Positions 1-9,286 are shown, counted from the whole stretch's first letter. The stretch: 58,264 nucleotides of DNA, filler included, from an uncultured bacterium (GCA_964637655.1; 2 parts of 2 records of this genome joined end to end with filler, not necessarily neighbours in it); one strand, 5' to 3'. The notes: generated by a model from the letters alone, not told the origin. Numbers and translations: made by a program.

Positions 1-461
1 ACTTCCGACACCGTGTCGGCCAGCGCGATGAGTTCAAGGGTCGCACCGCGCCCGGTCAGTACCACCGCGCTGCGCGCATGCGTTCCCCGCACTGCCGCTG
101 CCACCGCCTCAGCGTCGAGCAGACCGCGGGCAACCGCGACACAGATTTCATCGAGAATGACGAGGTCCCACGCCCCGCCCGCCAGTTCCTGTTCCGCGCG
201 CCGCAGCGCCGCCTGCGCCACGTCGCGGTGTGCCGCAAAGCGCGGGCTGCTCTCCTCCGGCAGAAACCCGAGCCCCGTCTGCACGTACACAGCTCCTTGC
301 TGCATGGCAAAAAAGCGTTCTTCGCCGGTATCCTGCCCCTTGACGAAACCGAGGATGAGCACCTGCTGCCCGTTGCCGAGCGCGCGGGCGGCCATGCCCA
401 GCGCCGCCGTCGTCTTCCCCTTGCCGTCCCCCGTGCAGAGCACAATGCGCCGCGGCGCCAT
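1..461 (-). CDS. cobO: Cob(I)yrinic acid a,c-diamide adenosyltransferase (CobO/BtuR), 3' end runs off the window
   Basis: Not in the ORF track; manual translation from ATG at 461 gives MAPRRIVLCTGDGKGKTTAALGMAARALGNGQQVLILGFVKG...WDLVILDEICVAV...VVLTGRGA...IALADTVSEV. It carries the family P-loop (GxGKGKTTAA), LDE and LTGR motifs, with a GGGAG SD upstream. Confidence 0.93.
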   Translation of the reverse strand, partial: MAPRRIVLCTGDGKGKTTAALGMAARALGNGQQVLILGFVKGQDTGEERFFAMQQGAVYVQTGLGFLPEESSPRFAAHRDVAQAALRRAEQELAGGAWDLVILDEICVAVARGLLDAEAVAAAVRGTHARSAVVLTGRGATLELIALADTVSE

Positions 462-502
462 ACGTATCTCCCGGTGATTCCTGGATTGTGTGTGTCTGAT
501 TG

Positions 503-748
503 CTACGCGGCGTGTTTCTTCCTGCCGTTGGTCTTCCTGACCTGCCGCCGTACCGGAGCGGTCCGTTTGATGAGCGAACGCAACGCGGCATTGACCGCAG
601 CCGAATCCGGAAACTGTTCCGCCACATCAACATCAAGAACCACCACATTCGCCCCTTCGGCCAGAATTCGACCCACGTGTTTGCCCCGCACCGCCGTCCG
701 GTAATCGAACAGATATTCCCGTCGCATCTCTGCTTTACGCGTTTTCAT
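503..748 (-). CDS. brnA: BrnA-like/CopG-type antitoxin
   Basis: 81 aa MKTRKAEMRREYLFDY..AVRGKH...VVLDVDVAEQFPDSAAVNAALRSLI, typical of the partners of DUF497 toxins; start overlaps the toxin 3' end. Confidence 0.8.
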   Translation of the reverse strand: MKTRKAEMRREYLFDYRTAVRGKHVGRILAEGANVVVLDVDVAEQFPDSAAVNAALRSLIKRTAPVRRQVRKTNGRKKHAA

Positions 749-1007
749 GGCGTTGCCTTTCCGCTGCTGTCGCGCACCGCGCGCTGATAATCCGCACCTT
801 GTCCTCCTGTTCGGTATAGGCCACCAGCAACAACCGTTTCCTGATTGACCAGCCAACCGTTATAAACCGGTCTTCTCCAGTCGAATGATCCGGATCAGCA
901 AACGTTGCCGCAAGCGGGTCGCAAAACACGGTAAGCGCCTCCTCAAAAGCAACACCATGCTTCTTCAGGTTGCTCCCGGCTTTTGCCTTGTTCCAGATAA
1001 AGCGCAT
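735..1007 (-). CDS. brnT: BrnT family ribonuclease toxin (DUF497)
   Basis: MRFIWNKAKAGSNLKKHGVAFEEALTVFCDP...DPDHSTGEDRFITVG...LLLVAYTE...VRIISARCAT; GGAGG SD before ATG 1007. Confidence 0.93.
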   Translation of the reverse strand: MRFIWNKAKAGSNLKKHGVAFEEALTVFCDPLAATFADPDHSTGEDRFITVGWSIRKRLLLVAYTEQEDKVRIISARCATAAERQRHENA

Positions 1008-1024
1008 TCCCCGCCTCCACACAA

Positions 1025-1085
1025 ATCATACCGCCTTCCACCAACAGGTGTCAACCTTGACGGCACTGCCCCGGACAGATACAAT
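1025..1085. promoter_or_regulatory. Back-to-back sigma70-like promoters (brnTA-cobO leftward; cobD-cobQ-cbiB rightward)
   Basis: Minus strand: TTGACA(1054-1049)-N18-TATGAT(1030-1025). Plus strand: TTGACG(1057-1062)-N17-TACAAT(1080-1085). Confidence 0.6.
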
Positions 1086-1110
1086 CCTTTCATCGACGAC
1101 GGAGAGACGG

Positions 1111-2163
1111 ATGAACGAACCGCACGGCGGGAACCGGCGCGCGGCGGCCGAGCGCTATGGCCGCCCGGCGGAGTCCTTCCTCGATTTCAGCGCGAATATC
1201 TGCCCGCTGCCGTATCCATCCGCGCTCGCGCAGCGCCTGGCGGAAACGCTGCCGCGCCTGCGCGAGTATCCCGCTCCGGAACATCGCGCGCTCACCGCGC
1301 GCCTCGCCGCCATCTACGGTTGCGACCCCGGGACCATCGTCATCGGCAACGGCACCGCGGAACTTGTGTTCGCGCTGCTGCGCGCGTTTCCTGCATCGCG
1401 TGTTGTCACCTGCGACCCGACCTTCACCGAGTATGCGCAGGCCGCACACGCCGCCAGCCGGCCGCACCTGAGCGTCCCGCGTACCGCGGCTGACGGGTTT
1501 GCCCTGCCCGCGGCAGCGCTGGCCGGGTGCCTGCAGGAAGGAGACCTGCTCTTCCTCGGACAACCCGATAACCCGACCGGCACCTGCCTGGCGGAAGCGG
1601 AACTCGCTGACGTGCGCGCGCTCTGCCGTAAGCGTCGCGCCATGCTCGTGCTCGATGAGGCGTTTGTCGATTATACGGACACGCCCTCGCTCGTCGGGCA
1701 GGCGGATGACACCCTCATCGTGCTGCGCGCACTGACCAAAATACTCGCTATCCCCGGTCTGCGCGTCGGCTTTCTCACTACTGCACCCGCGCTGGCTGCC
1801 CGCCTGCGCGAACTGCTCCCGCCGTGGAATATCAATGTCTGCGCGGAGGTCGCCGTCGATACGCTGCTGACGCGCACGTGGGTGGACGCGGCAGTTGCTG
1901 CCAACACCGCGGCACGCGCAGAACTCGCCCGCGGTCTGGCCGCGCTGCCGCTGCGGGTCTTCCCTTCGCAGGCGAATTTCCTGCTCGTTCGGCGCGCCGA
2001 TGGCGGCAGCGTCGCCGCGCTGGCTGATACGCTCGGGCGGCAGGGTATCCTCATCCGCACCTGCACGAACTTTGCCGGGCTTGATGATGCGTACCTGCGT
2101 GTCGCGGTGCGCACCCCGGACGACAACGCGCAACTGCTCGACGCCTTGCGGGCGGCACTATGA
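1111..2163 (+). CDS. cobD: Threonine-phosphate decarboxylase (PLP-dependent)
   Basis: HGGN N-terminus, DFSANI, GNG, PDNPTG, DEAF, ALTKILAIPGLRVG (PLP Lys), IRTCTNFAGL, RVAVR; GGAGA SD; cob gene context. Confidence 0.9.
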   Translation: MNEPHGGNRRAAAERYGRPAESFLDFSANICPLPYPSALAQRLAETLPRLREYPAPEHRALTARLAAIYGCDPGTIVIGNGTAELVFALLRAFPASRVVTCDPTFTEYAQAAHAASRPHLSVPRTAADGFALPAAALAGCLQEGDLLFLGQPDNPTGTCLAEAELADVRALCRKRRAMLVLDEAFVDYTDTPSLVGQADDTLIVLRALTKILAIPGLRVGFLTTAPALAARLRELLPPWNINVCAEVAVDTLLTRTWVDAAVAANTAARAELARGLAALPLRVFPSQANFLLVRRADGGSVAALADTLGRQGILIRTCTNFAGLDDAYLRVAVRTPDDNAQLLDALRAAL

Positions 2164-3644
2164 CCCGCCCCGCACGCTGCCTGATGGTGCAGGGGACCGG
2201 CTCCCACGTCGGCAAGAGCGTGCTGGTCGCGGCGCTCTGCCGCATCTTCACGCAGGACGGGCACCGCGTACTGCCCTTCAAGGCGCAGAACATGGCGTTG
2301 AATTCCTTCGTCACTCCGGACGGCGGCGAACTCGGGCGGGCGCAGGCGGTGCAGGCGCAGGCCTGCCGCGTCCCGCCGCGCGTGGCGATGAATCCCGTCC
2401 TCATCAAGCCGACCGCGGATTGCGCCGCGCAGGTGGTGGTCAACGGCACACCGTGGGCCAACCTCTCCGCGCGCGACTACCACACGCGCAAGGCGGAACT
2501 GCTCGGACACGTTAGCGCCGCGCTCGATGAATTGCGTGCCGACGCGGATATCGTCGTCATCGAGGGGGCGGGGAGTCCGGCGGAGATCAACCTGCGCGAC
2601 AACGATATCGTCAACATGGCGGCCGCGCGCCTCGCGCAGGCGCCGGTGCTCCTTGCCGGTGACATCGACCGCGGCGGTGTCTTCGCCGCGCTCTACGGCA
2701 CCGTGGCGCTGCTCACAGAGGATGAGAAACGCTACGTGCGCGGGTTCATCATCAACCGCTTCCGCGGCGACCGCACGCTGCTCGAGCCCGCGTTTCCCAT
2801 GTTCCGTCAGCATACGCATATTCCCGTGCTCGGCGTCGTACCGTATCTCCATGACCTCGGGCTGCCGGCCGAGGACTCCGTCGAGTTCGAGGAACTCCCC
2901 GCCGCGCGGCCGTGGGGGGCAGACACCGTCAACATCGCCGTTATCCGCCTGCCGCATACCTCCAACTTCACTGATTTCGACGCGCTGCGCTGCGAACCCG
3001 ACGTGGCCCTGCGCTATGTGGCCTGCGGCGAACCGCTGGGCGGGCCCGATCTCGTCATCATTCCGGGCACCAAGAACACGCTTGGCGACCTGCAGGTGCT
3101 GCGCGCCTCGGGCACCGCGGACGCGCTGCTGCGCCTGCATGCCGCAGGCACACCCGTTTTCGGCATCTGCGGCGGCTACCAGATGCTCGGACAGCGCATC
3201 ACCGACCGTGTCGGTGCGGAAGGCCATGCCACTGCTGACGGGCTCGGCCTGCTCGCGCACGCCACCGAGTTCGGCACGGAAAAGCAATTGCGCCAGGTGG
3301 CAGGAGCACACCTGCCGTCAGGACTTCCCGTGGCGGGTTATGAAATCCACATGGGCGTGTCGGATGCGGCGGACAGTCCTCTCTTCCGCACTGCGGACGG
3401 GCGAACGCTCGGTAGCATCACTGCGGACGGGCGCGCGGCGGGGACCTACCTGCACGGCGTGTTCGATGCCGACGCCTTCCGCCGCAATTTTCTCGACGCG
3501 TTGCGCGTACGCAAGGGGCTCGCTCCGCGCACCACCATCACCCCGTATGACACCGATGCGCCGTTCGAGCGTCTCGCCGCCACCGTGCGCGCCGCGCTCG
3601 ATATGCCCGCCATCTACCGCATCCTCGACGCCGGCCTCTCCTGA
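2160..3644 (+). CDS. cobQ: Cobyric acid synthase
   Basis: QGTGSHVGKS, FKAQNMALNS, EGAGSPAEINL, GDIDRGG, SNFTDF, GICGGYQMLG and GTYLHG motifs; ATGA overlap with cobD. Confidence 0.97.
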   Translation: MTRPARCLMVQGTGSHVGKSVLVAALCRIFTQDGHRVLPFKAQNMALNSFVTPDGGELGRAQAVQAQACRVPPRVAMNPVLIKPTADCAAQVVVNGTPWANLSARDYHTRKAELLGHVSAALDELRADADIVVIEGAGSPAEINLRDNDIVNMAAARLAQAPVLLAGDIDRGGVFAALYGTVALLTEDEKRYVRGFIINRFRGDRTLLEPAFPMFRQHTHIPVLGVVPYLHDLGLPAEDSVEFEELPAARPWGADTVNIAVIRLPHTSNFTDFDALRCEPDVALRYVACGEPLGGPDLVIIPGTKNTLGDLQVLRASGTADALLRLHAAGTPVFGICGGYQMLGQRITDRVGAEGHATADGLGLLAHATEFGTEKQLRQVAGAHLPSGLPVAGYEIHMGVSDAADSPLFRTADGRTLGSITADGRAAGTYLHGVFDADAFRRNFLDALRVRKGLAPRTTITPYDTDAPFERLAATVRAALDMPAIYRILDAGLS

Positions 3645-3649
3645 TGTAC

Positions 3650-4250
3650 TGCACGGCTTTCACCACGGAGCACACACGCTCCGCAGTAAACATGTATTCC
3701 CGACCAATACTGCAACTCTCAACGGCTTTCACCACAGAGCACGCAGAGCACGCGGAGCGGCTGCGATTGTTCACAGGTTTCTCTGTTTTCACCACTACCG
3801 CCTTTTGCCCACAGGGCCTTACCTGTTCCCCTTCTTCCATGTTTCTCCGTGCACTCCGTGTGCTCCGTGGTAAAGCAGGTCCGTTCTGCCACCCTTCGCA
3901 GCAACTCTCAACGGCTCTCACCACGGAGCACACGGAGCACGCAGAGCGCACACGATCTGCAACAGGTATGGATTCCCGATTACCCATTTCGGGAATGACA
4001 CATGGAACCTGCCCGCAGGGCCGGCCCTGCTCCCCTTCTTCCGTATTTTTCCGTGCGCTCCGTGTGCCCCGTGGTAAAGCAGTGTCTTTTCTCGGCGAAC
4101 TCTGCGTGCTCTGCGGTGAACAGTTCCGTGCCGTTCTCCGTGCGCTCCGTGTGCTCCGTATGCTCCGTATGCTCCGTGTGCTCCGTGTGCTCCGTGGTAA
4201 AGCAGTGTCTTTTCTCGGCGAACTCTGTGTGCTCTGCGGTGAACATGTTT
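3650..4250. repeat. Composite palindromic repeat array 1 (9-nt GGAGCACAC/GAGCACGCA units in inverted pairs, plus a REP/dRS3-like hairpin)
   Basis: TTCACCAC(G/A)GAGCAC... at ~3659, 3728, 3918; inverse CTCCGTGTGCTCCGTGGTAAA-type units at ~3845, 4050, 4136-4201; duplicated ~50-nt block GTGGTAAAGCAGTGTCTTTTCTCGGCGAACTCTG..GCTCTGCGGTGAACA; hairpin GGATTCCCGATTACCCATTTCGGGAATGAC at 3970-3999. Confidence 0.9.
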
Positions 4251-4296
4251 CCGGTTTTCTCCGTAGCCGGTCAGTGTGCCGCGGAGACAGTCACGT

Positions 4297-5340
4297 ATGA
4301 TGGAGACATTCCTGCTGGTGTGGGGACAGGTAGTTGCCATCCTGCTCTGCGGGCTGATGCTCGATGTCATTGTCGGTGACCCGCAGTTTCGCCTGCATCC
4401 CGTGCGCCTCATCGGCGCCGCCATCACCGCGGCGGAGCGCGTCCTGCGCCGTCCGGCCGCTTCTCCCACCGCGCAGCGTCTCGCCGGCATGGTCGCCGTG
4501 CTGCTGGTGGTCGGCGGCACGGTCGCCGTCGCCGGCTGCCTGCTCTGGCTGCTCGTCGATCATATCGGCATCATGCTGCCGGCGCTGCTCGTCTGGGCCG
4601 CGGTGGCGGTGCGCGACCTGCTGCGCGAAAGCAGTGCCGTGCTGACGCACCTGCAACGCAACAACCTGCCCGCCGCGCGTGCGCAGGTGGCGCGCATCGT
4701 CGGGCGCGATACCGCTACGCTCGATGAGCCGGAGGTTGTGCGGGCCGCCGTCGAAACCGTTGCCGAGAGCGCCTGCGACGGCATCATCGCCCCGCTCTGC
4801 TGGGCAGCAGCATTCGCCCTGCCGCTCGCTGCGTGGGCGGCACTGCATCCCGGCAGCACCGCCTGGCACGTTGCCGTGTACGCCCCGCTCGGCGCGCTCT
4901 TCTGCCGCGCCGTCAACACCCTCGACTCGATGCTCGGGCACAAGGACGACCGCTACCGGTATTTCGGCTGGGCGGCCGCGCGCCTCGACGATCTTGTCAT
5001 GTACGTTCCCGCCCGCCTCACCGCGCTGCTCATGCTCCTCGCGGCGCCGCGGCCGCGTCCGCCACTGTCAGCCATGCTCACCATCGTCCGGCGCGATGCC
5101 CCGCGGCACCCGAGCCCGAACGCCGGCTGGCCCGAGACCGCCGCCGCGGCGGCGCTCGGCGTGCAACTCGGCGGCATGAATTTCTATGACGGTATCGCGG
5201 TCGACTACCCGCGTTTCGGCAATGCCACACGCGCGCTGCACGCGAACGATATTCTGGGGGTGAACCGGCTGGTCATCCACGCGCTCGCGCTCCTGCTGAT
5301 TGCGCTCTGCCTGCCGCTCATGCTATTGCTTTTCTCATAG
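4297..5340 (+). CDS. cbiB: Adenosylcobinamide-phosphate synthase CbiB
   Basis: GDP..LHPV, IVGRDT, VETVAESACDGIIAP, NTLDSMLGHK, ARLDD and SPNAGWPE motifs; multi-TM protein. Confidence 0.95.
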   Translation: MMETFLLVWGQVVAILLCGLMLDVIVGDPQFRLHPVRLIGAAITAAERVLRRPAASPTAQRLAGMVAVLLVVGGTVAVAGCLLWLLVDHIGIMLPALLVWAAVAVRDLLRESSAVLTHLQRNNLPAARAQVARIVGRDTATLDEPEVVRAAVETVAESACDGIIAPLCWAAAFALPLAAWAALHPGSTAWHVAVYAPLGALFCRAVNTLDSMLGHKDDRYRYFGWAAARLDDLVMYVPARLTALLMLLAAPRPRPPLSAMLTIVRRDAPRHPSPNAGWPETAAAAALGVQLGGMNFYDGIAVDYPRFGNATRALHANDILGVNRLVIHALALLLIALCLPLMLLLFS

Positions 5341-5349
5341 GGGGACGAC

Positions 5350-5796
5350 ATGGACCTTGCTGCGGTATGTGACCTCATCCTGCAGGTGAAACAGGCACAA
5401 CTCGAACTCTACCGCGCTGCCGCCGTGGCATTACCGGAGCAGAAACGCATCTGGCTGATGTTCGAAACCGACTGCGAAAGCCATCAGCTCGCCTACACGA
5501 AAGTCAGAACGGCGGCCACGGAGAACCCGGGCCGCTGGGTACAGCATCCCTTCACGGAGCAGGTGGCGAAACACCTGCTCGACGAGATGCGCGCCTCGAC
5601 GCCTCAGCTCCGCGATGGGAAACTGGTCGCCCGTTATGCCTACACTTTCATGGCCGACGCGGAGAAATCGTTGCTCGACGCGAAACTCTACGATGCCGTG
5701 CGCACCGACCTGACTGAATATGCCAACCTGCTCGACACGGTGAAGAACGAAGCCCTCGCCCACAGCACCAAACTGCGCGAACTCTCCCGCATGTAA
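5350..5796 (+). CDS. Hypothetical protein, possibly a degenerate ferritin/rubrerythrin-like four-helix bundle
   Basis: 148 aa with a GGGGA SD; helical, with CESH and EALAH (ExxH-like) spaced as in ferritin-like folds; last gene of the cob operon. Confidence 0.6.
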   Translation: MDLAAVCDLILQVKQAQLELYRAAAVALPEQKRIWLMFETDCESHQLAYTKVRTAATENPGRWVQHPFTEQVAKHLLDEMRASTPQLRDGKLVARYAYTFMADAEKSLLDAKLYDAVRTDLTEYANLLDTVKNEALAHSTKLRELSRM

Positions 5797-5803
5797 AAAA
5801 ATC

Positions 5804-5943
5804 GGGGACGGGTGTTGACAAATTGACAAACTTTTGGCTATAAAGCCCGTATACGTCACCTATACGCCTTTCCGCCTATTTATCAACCAATATTCGCAAT
5901 ATGCTATATTTGCAAGTTTGTCAATTTGTCAACACCCGTCCCC
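5804..5943. mobile_element. MITE-like 140-bp element with perfect 30-bp terminal inverted repeats
   Basis: GGGGACGGGTGTTGACAAATTGACAAACTT (5804-5833) and its exact reverse complement (5914-5943) flank an AT-rich 80-bp core; related copy at 12156-12297. No obvious target-site duplication. Confidence 0.7.
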
Positions 5944-5950
5944 ATTGCCT

Positions 5951-6634
5951 TCAGCGCAGGGCGAAACGGACAGGAACGATGCCGCGGGCCTCGCGCGGCA
6001 TGCCGTCGACCGTGACCGGGGCAAAGGTCCAGCCGCGCACCGCGTGCAGGGCAGCCGCATCGAGCACGTCATACCCTGAACTCCGCACCAGCGATGCGGT
6101 AGTGACCCGGCCGCGAATATCGACTTCCACCTGCACGCGCACGGTCCCCTCGTAGCCGCGCCGCTGCGCCAGCGCGGGATACTCGGGCGGCGGGGCGCTG
6201 CGATAGTGCATTTGCGAAACCGTCACCATGCCGCCGGCTTCACCGGCAGCAGCGGGCGACGCCGGTGCCGCCGCTGCCGGCGTCGCCAGACGTGACGGGA
6301 GTACCGGCGGCATGACTGCTGCCGGTGCGGTGAACTCCGGGGCGGGTACCGCAGCTGCCGCCGTCAGCACCGGGGCGGGCAGTGCCGCGGGTGGCGGCTC
6401 GACTGCCGCTGCCGAAGCTGCCGTCGGCACAGGTTCCGGTTCGGTCAGTTCCCTGACGGGCGCATGGCGGCGTTCAGCAGCTGCTGTCGCGGATGCAGGT
6501 TCCTCCGCCAGCGTGCACCAGACCACCAGTTCCGGCGGCGGCGCCTGCGGTGCAACCGCCACACCGCCCGGAAGCAGCACACAAACCGCAGCATGCGCCA
6601 GCACGCTCAGTGTTGCCGCCGTCCCGAGTTTCAC
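5951..6634 (-). CDS. tonB: Energy transducer TonB
   Basis: N-terminal TM with SxxxH (SVLAH), Pro/Ala-rich linker, C-terminal PEYPALAQRRGYEGTVRVQVEVD..G...VRSSGYDVLDAAALHAVRGWTFAP. Confidence 0.92.
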   Translation of the reverse strand: MKLGTAATLSVLAHAAVCVLLPGGVAVAPQAPPPELVVWCTLAEEPASATAAAERRHAPVRELTEPEPVPTAASAAAVEPPPAALPAPVLTAAAAVPAPEFTAPAAVMPPVLPSRLATPAAAAPASPAAAGEAGGMVTVSQMHYRSAPPPEYPALAQRRGYEGTVRVQVEVDIRGRVTTASLVRSSGYDVLDAAALHAVRGWTFAPVTVDGMPREARGIVPVRFALR

Positions 6635-7440
6635 CGCTGCTCCCGTTCCAGCAGGCGCCGCGCGACGGGATAGATATGCGGGCGCTTCGTCACCGGATGT
6701 TCGCCCACCACCACCACCGTGCGATAGACCGCCTCGATGTTTGCATAGGTGAGCACGTCCACGGGCGTGCCGTCACCATAGACCTTCCCCTCGTGCAGCA
6801 GCACGGCGCGGTCACAGTAGTCCGCCACCAGGTTGAGGTCATGCAGGATCATCAGCACCGCCAGCCCGTTGGCATTGAGCCGCCGCAGCCGGTCGAGGAT
6901 GTCGGTCTGATGGCTGATGTCGAGGTGCGCAGTCGGCTCGTCAAGGATAAGCAGCGCCGGCTGCTGCGCGAGCGCCTGCGCGAGGTGGACGCGCTGCGCT
7001 TCCCCCCCCGACAGTTCATTCACCGCACGCGCCGCGAGATGTTCCGTGTCGGTCAACGCCAGCGCCTCCGCCACCGCCGCCGCATCGTGCGCCGCCGCGT
7101 CCGTCCCCGCGTGCGGGTAGCGGCCCATGCGCACGAATTCCCGCACGCTGAACGGGAAGCTGCGTTCCGCCTGCTGCGGCAGCACCGCCACGCGCCGCGC
7201 CCGTCGCCGCCAGTCCAGCGCGTCCAGGGTCTCTCCGTCGAGCAGCACCGTTCCCGCCGTCGCCGGCAGCAGCCCGGTCAGCGCCCGCACCAGCGTCGTC
7301 TTGCCGCAGCCGTTCGGCCCCGCCACGCCGACCATCTCCCCCGCCCGTACCGTCAGTGACACGTCGCACAGCACGGCCCGCTCCCCGTAGCCGCAGGTCA
7401 GGCCGCGCGCCGCGAGCAGCGGGGTCAGAAGAGTTTCCAT
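6631..7440 (-). CDS. btuD: Cobalamin/Fe-siderophore ABC transporter ATPase
   Basis: Walker A GPNGCGKTT, LSGGEAQR signature, ILDEPTAHLD, LHDLN. Confidence 0.9.
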   Translation of the reverse strand: METLLTPLLAARGLTCGYGERAVLCDVSLTVRAGEMVGVAGPNGCGKTTLVRALTGLLPATAGTVLLDGETLDALDWRRRARRVAVLPQQAERSFPFSVREFVRMGRYPHAGTDAAAHDAAAVAEALALTDTEHLAARAVNELSGGEAQRVHLAQALAQQPALLILDEPTAHLDISHQTDILDRLRRLNANGLAVLMILHDLNLVADYCDRAVLLHEGKVYGDGTPVDVLTYANIEAVYRTVVVVGEHPVTKRPHIYPVARRLLEREQR

Positions 7441-8399
7441 TCGCGTACACGCATGAGATAGATGATGAAAAAGGTGCCGCCCACCAGCCCGGTGAGCACC
7501 CCGACAGGGAGCTCTGTCGGCGCCACCAGCGTCCGCGCCAGCGTATCAGCCAGCACGAGGAAGGTTCCCCCCGCCAGCGCCGCGGCGGGAAGCAGCACGC
7601 GGTGCCCGGGTCCGCACCAGCGGCGCAGCAGGTGCGGGATGAGCAGCCCGACGAAACCGATCATCCCCGCCACTCCGACACAGGCACCCGTCACTAATGA
7701 AGCGGCAAGGAAGAGTTCGCGCCGCACCCGCACTGCCTCCACCCCGCGCAGCCGCGCCTTCCCGCCCCCCCGCGTCCGCCGGTCGAGTCCCGCCGCGCGC
7801 CGCCGCACCACCAGCTGGCCCGCGGCGACGAGGATGCTCCCCGTCAGCAGCAGTTCGCGCGTCACCGCCGACAAATCCCCCATCAGCCAGAGGAAGACGC
7901 CGTGCAGTTCCTGCGCGGTGGCCAGCGCGAAAATGAAGAGCACCACCGCGCTGAGCAGAAAATTGAGCATCACCCCGGCGAGGATGAGCATGGCGACAGA
8001 GAACCCGCGGCGCGCGGCGCGCCGCCCGACCCAGAGCGCGGCCAGCAGCGCGCCGCTGAACGCCGCGCCCGGCACGCCGCTGGCGCCGCTCCCCGCGATG
8101 ACCGCGAGCGCCGCCCCGAGCACCGCGCCCCCCGAGACCCCGAGCGTGTAGGGCTCCGCCAGCGGGTTGCGCAGCAGGCCCTGGAACACGACGCCGCCGA
8201 CCGCGAGCCCCGCCCCGACGAGCAGCGCCGTCAGCACGCGCGGCAGGCGCACCTGCCAGATAATCGCCGCTTCCGGGGCTGTCCCCTGCGGTCCCGCCAG
8301 CAACCCCTGCCGGCATTCCGCCGGGCTGAGTACGCCGACCGACAGCGCCAGCAGCGTCGCTCCCAAGGCCAGCACCGGCAGCAGGGCCGCAATTTTCAC
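7425..8399 (-). CDS. btuC: Cobalamin ABC transporter permease (FecCD/BtuC)
   Basis: VRLPRVL, QGLLRNPLAEPYTLGVSGGA, WLMGDL, IGFVGLLIPH, ELPVGVLT; the EAA loop is anomalous (see findings). Confidence 0.92.
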   Translation of the reverse strand: MKIAALLPVLALGATLLALSVGVLSPAECRQGLLAGPQGTAPEAAIIWQVRLPRVLTALLVGAGLAVGGVVFQGLLRNPLAEPYTLGVSGGAVLGAALAVIAGSGASGVPGAAFSGALLAALWVGRRAARRGFSVAMLILAGVMLNFLLSAVVLFIFALATAQELHGVFLWLMGDLSAVTRELLLTGSILVAAGQLVVRRRAAGLDRRTRGGGKARLRGVEAVRVRRELFLAASLVTGACVGVAGMIGFVGLLIPHLLRRWCGPGHRVLLPAAALAGGTFLVLADTLARTLVAPTELPVGVLTGLVGGTFFIIYLMRVREWKLF

Positions 8400-9286
8400 G
8401 GCAACACCGCCGCCGGATGAAAGAGTTTCGCCAGCAGTCGCACGCTCGCCGCATAATGCTGCGGGGTCGGGATGCAGATTTCCTGCGCGCGCAGCAGCGG
8501 CAACCGGTTGGCCCGCACCGCTGCCAGCGACGGCACCTGCCGCCAGCGCTCCGCCTCCGCCGGCGACATGTTCCCCATGTCGACCATGAGGATGAGGTCG
8601 GGATTGAGGCGTAGCGCCTCCTCGCGGCTGTAGCGCGGGTAGGCCTCCGCGTTCCCCGCGGTCAGGTTCTCACCGCCCGCATCGCTGATCAATTCGTTGA
8701 GGAACGACCCGCTTCCCACCGCCACCAGCGGATCCGTTCCCACCTGGCAGAGCACACGCACGCGCGGGAAAGGCGCCACCGCCGCGTGCGTGCGATCGAT
8801 GGCACGGTCAACCTCCGCCACCTGCGCCGCGGCGCGTTCCGTCACGCCGAGCAGTTTGCCCAGGCGCAGGTATTTCTCCCGGATGGACACCCAGCCGGTG
8901 TCGAGCCCGAACTCCTCGATGTGCAACCCGACGCCGCGCAACTGTTCCAGCGTCCGCGCGCGGTTGGTCGTGTTGTTGGCGAGGATACGGTCGGGGCGCA
9001 GGGCGATGATTTTCTCCGCGTTCGGCTGCAACAGCGTGCCGACGCGCTCCTTCGTTTCGCGGGCGTGGTAGGCAGTGCAGTAGTCGGTCACCCCGACCAG
9101 GCGCGTATCCTCGCCCAGTTCGTAGACCATCTCCGTCAGCGATGGCGCCAGCGAGATGACCCGCTGCGGCGCTACGGTCACGGTACGTTCCGGGGCGATG
9201 CCCGGGCTGCAGCCCGCCGCCAGCAGACAGCCCAGCAGCAGAACACACCCGCAATAACTTAATAACTTGAGCTCCGTCCCCCTCAT
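8396..9286 (-). CDS. btuF: Cobalamin-binding lipoprotein (BtuF-like)
   Basis: Lipobox-like LAAGC; PQRVISLAPSLTEMVYELG, VGVTDYC, PNAEKIIALRPD, AGGEN, NPDLIL motifs. Confidence 0.9.
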   Translation of the reverse strand: MRGTELKLLSYCGCVLLLGCLLAAGCSPGIAPERTVTVAPQRVISLAPSLTEMVYELGEDTRLVGVTDYCTAYHARETKERVGTLLQPNAEKIIALRPDRILANNTTNRARTLEQLRGVGLHIEEFGLDTGWVSIREKYLRLGKLLGVTERAAAQVAEVDRAIDRTHAAVAPFPRVRVLCQVGTDPLVAVGSGSFLNELISDAGGENLTAGNAEAYPRYSREEALRLNPDLILMVDMGNMSPAEAERWRQVPSLAAVRANRLPLLRAQEICIPTPQHYAASVRLLAKLFHPAAVLP

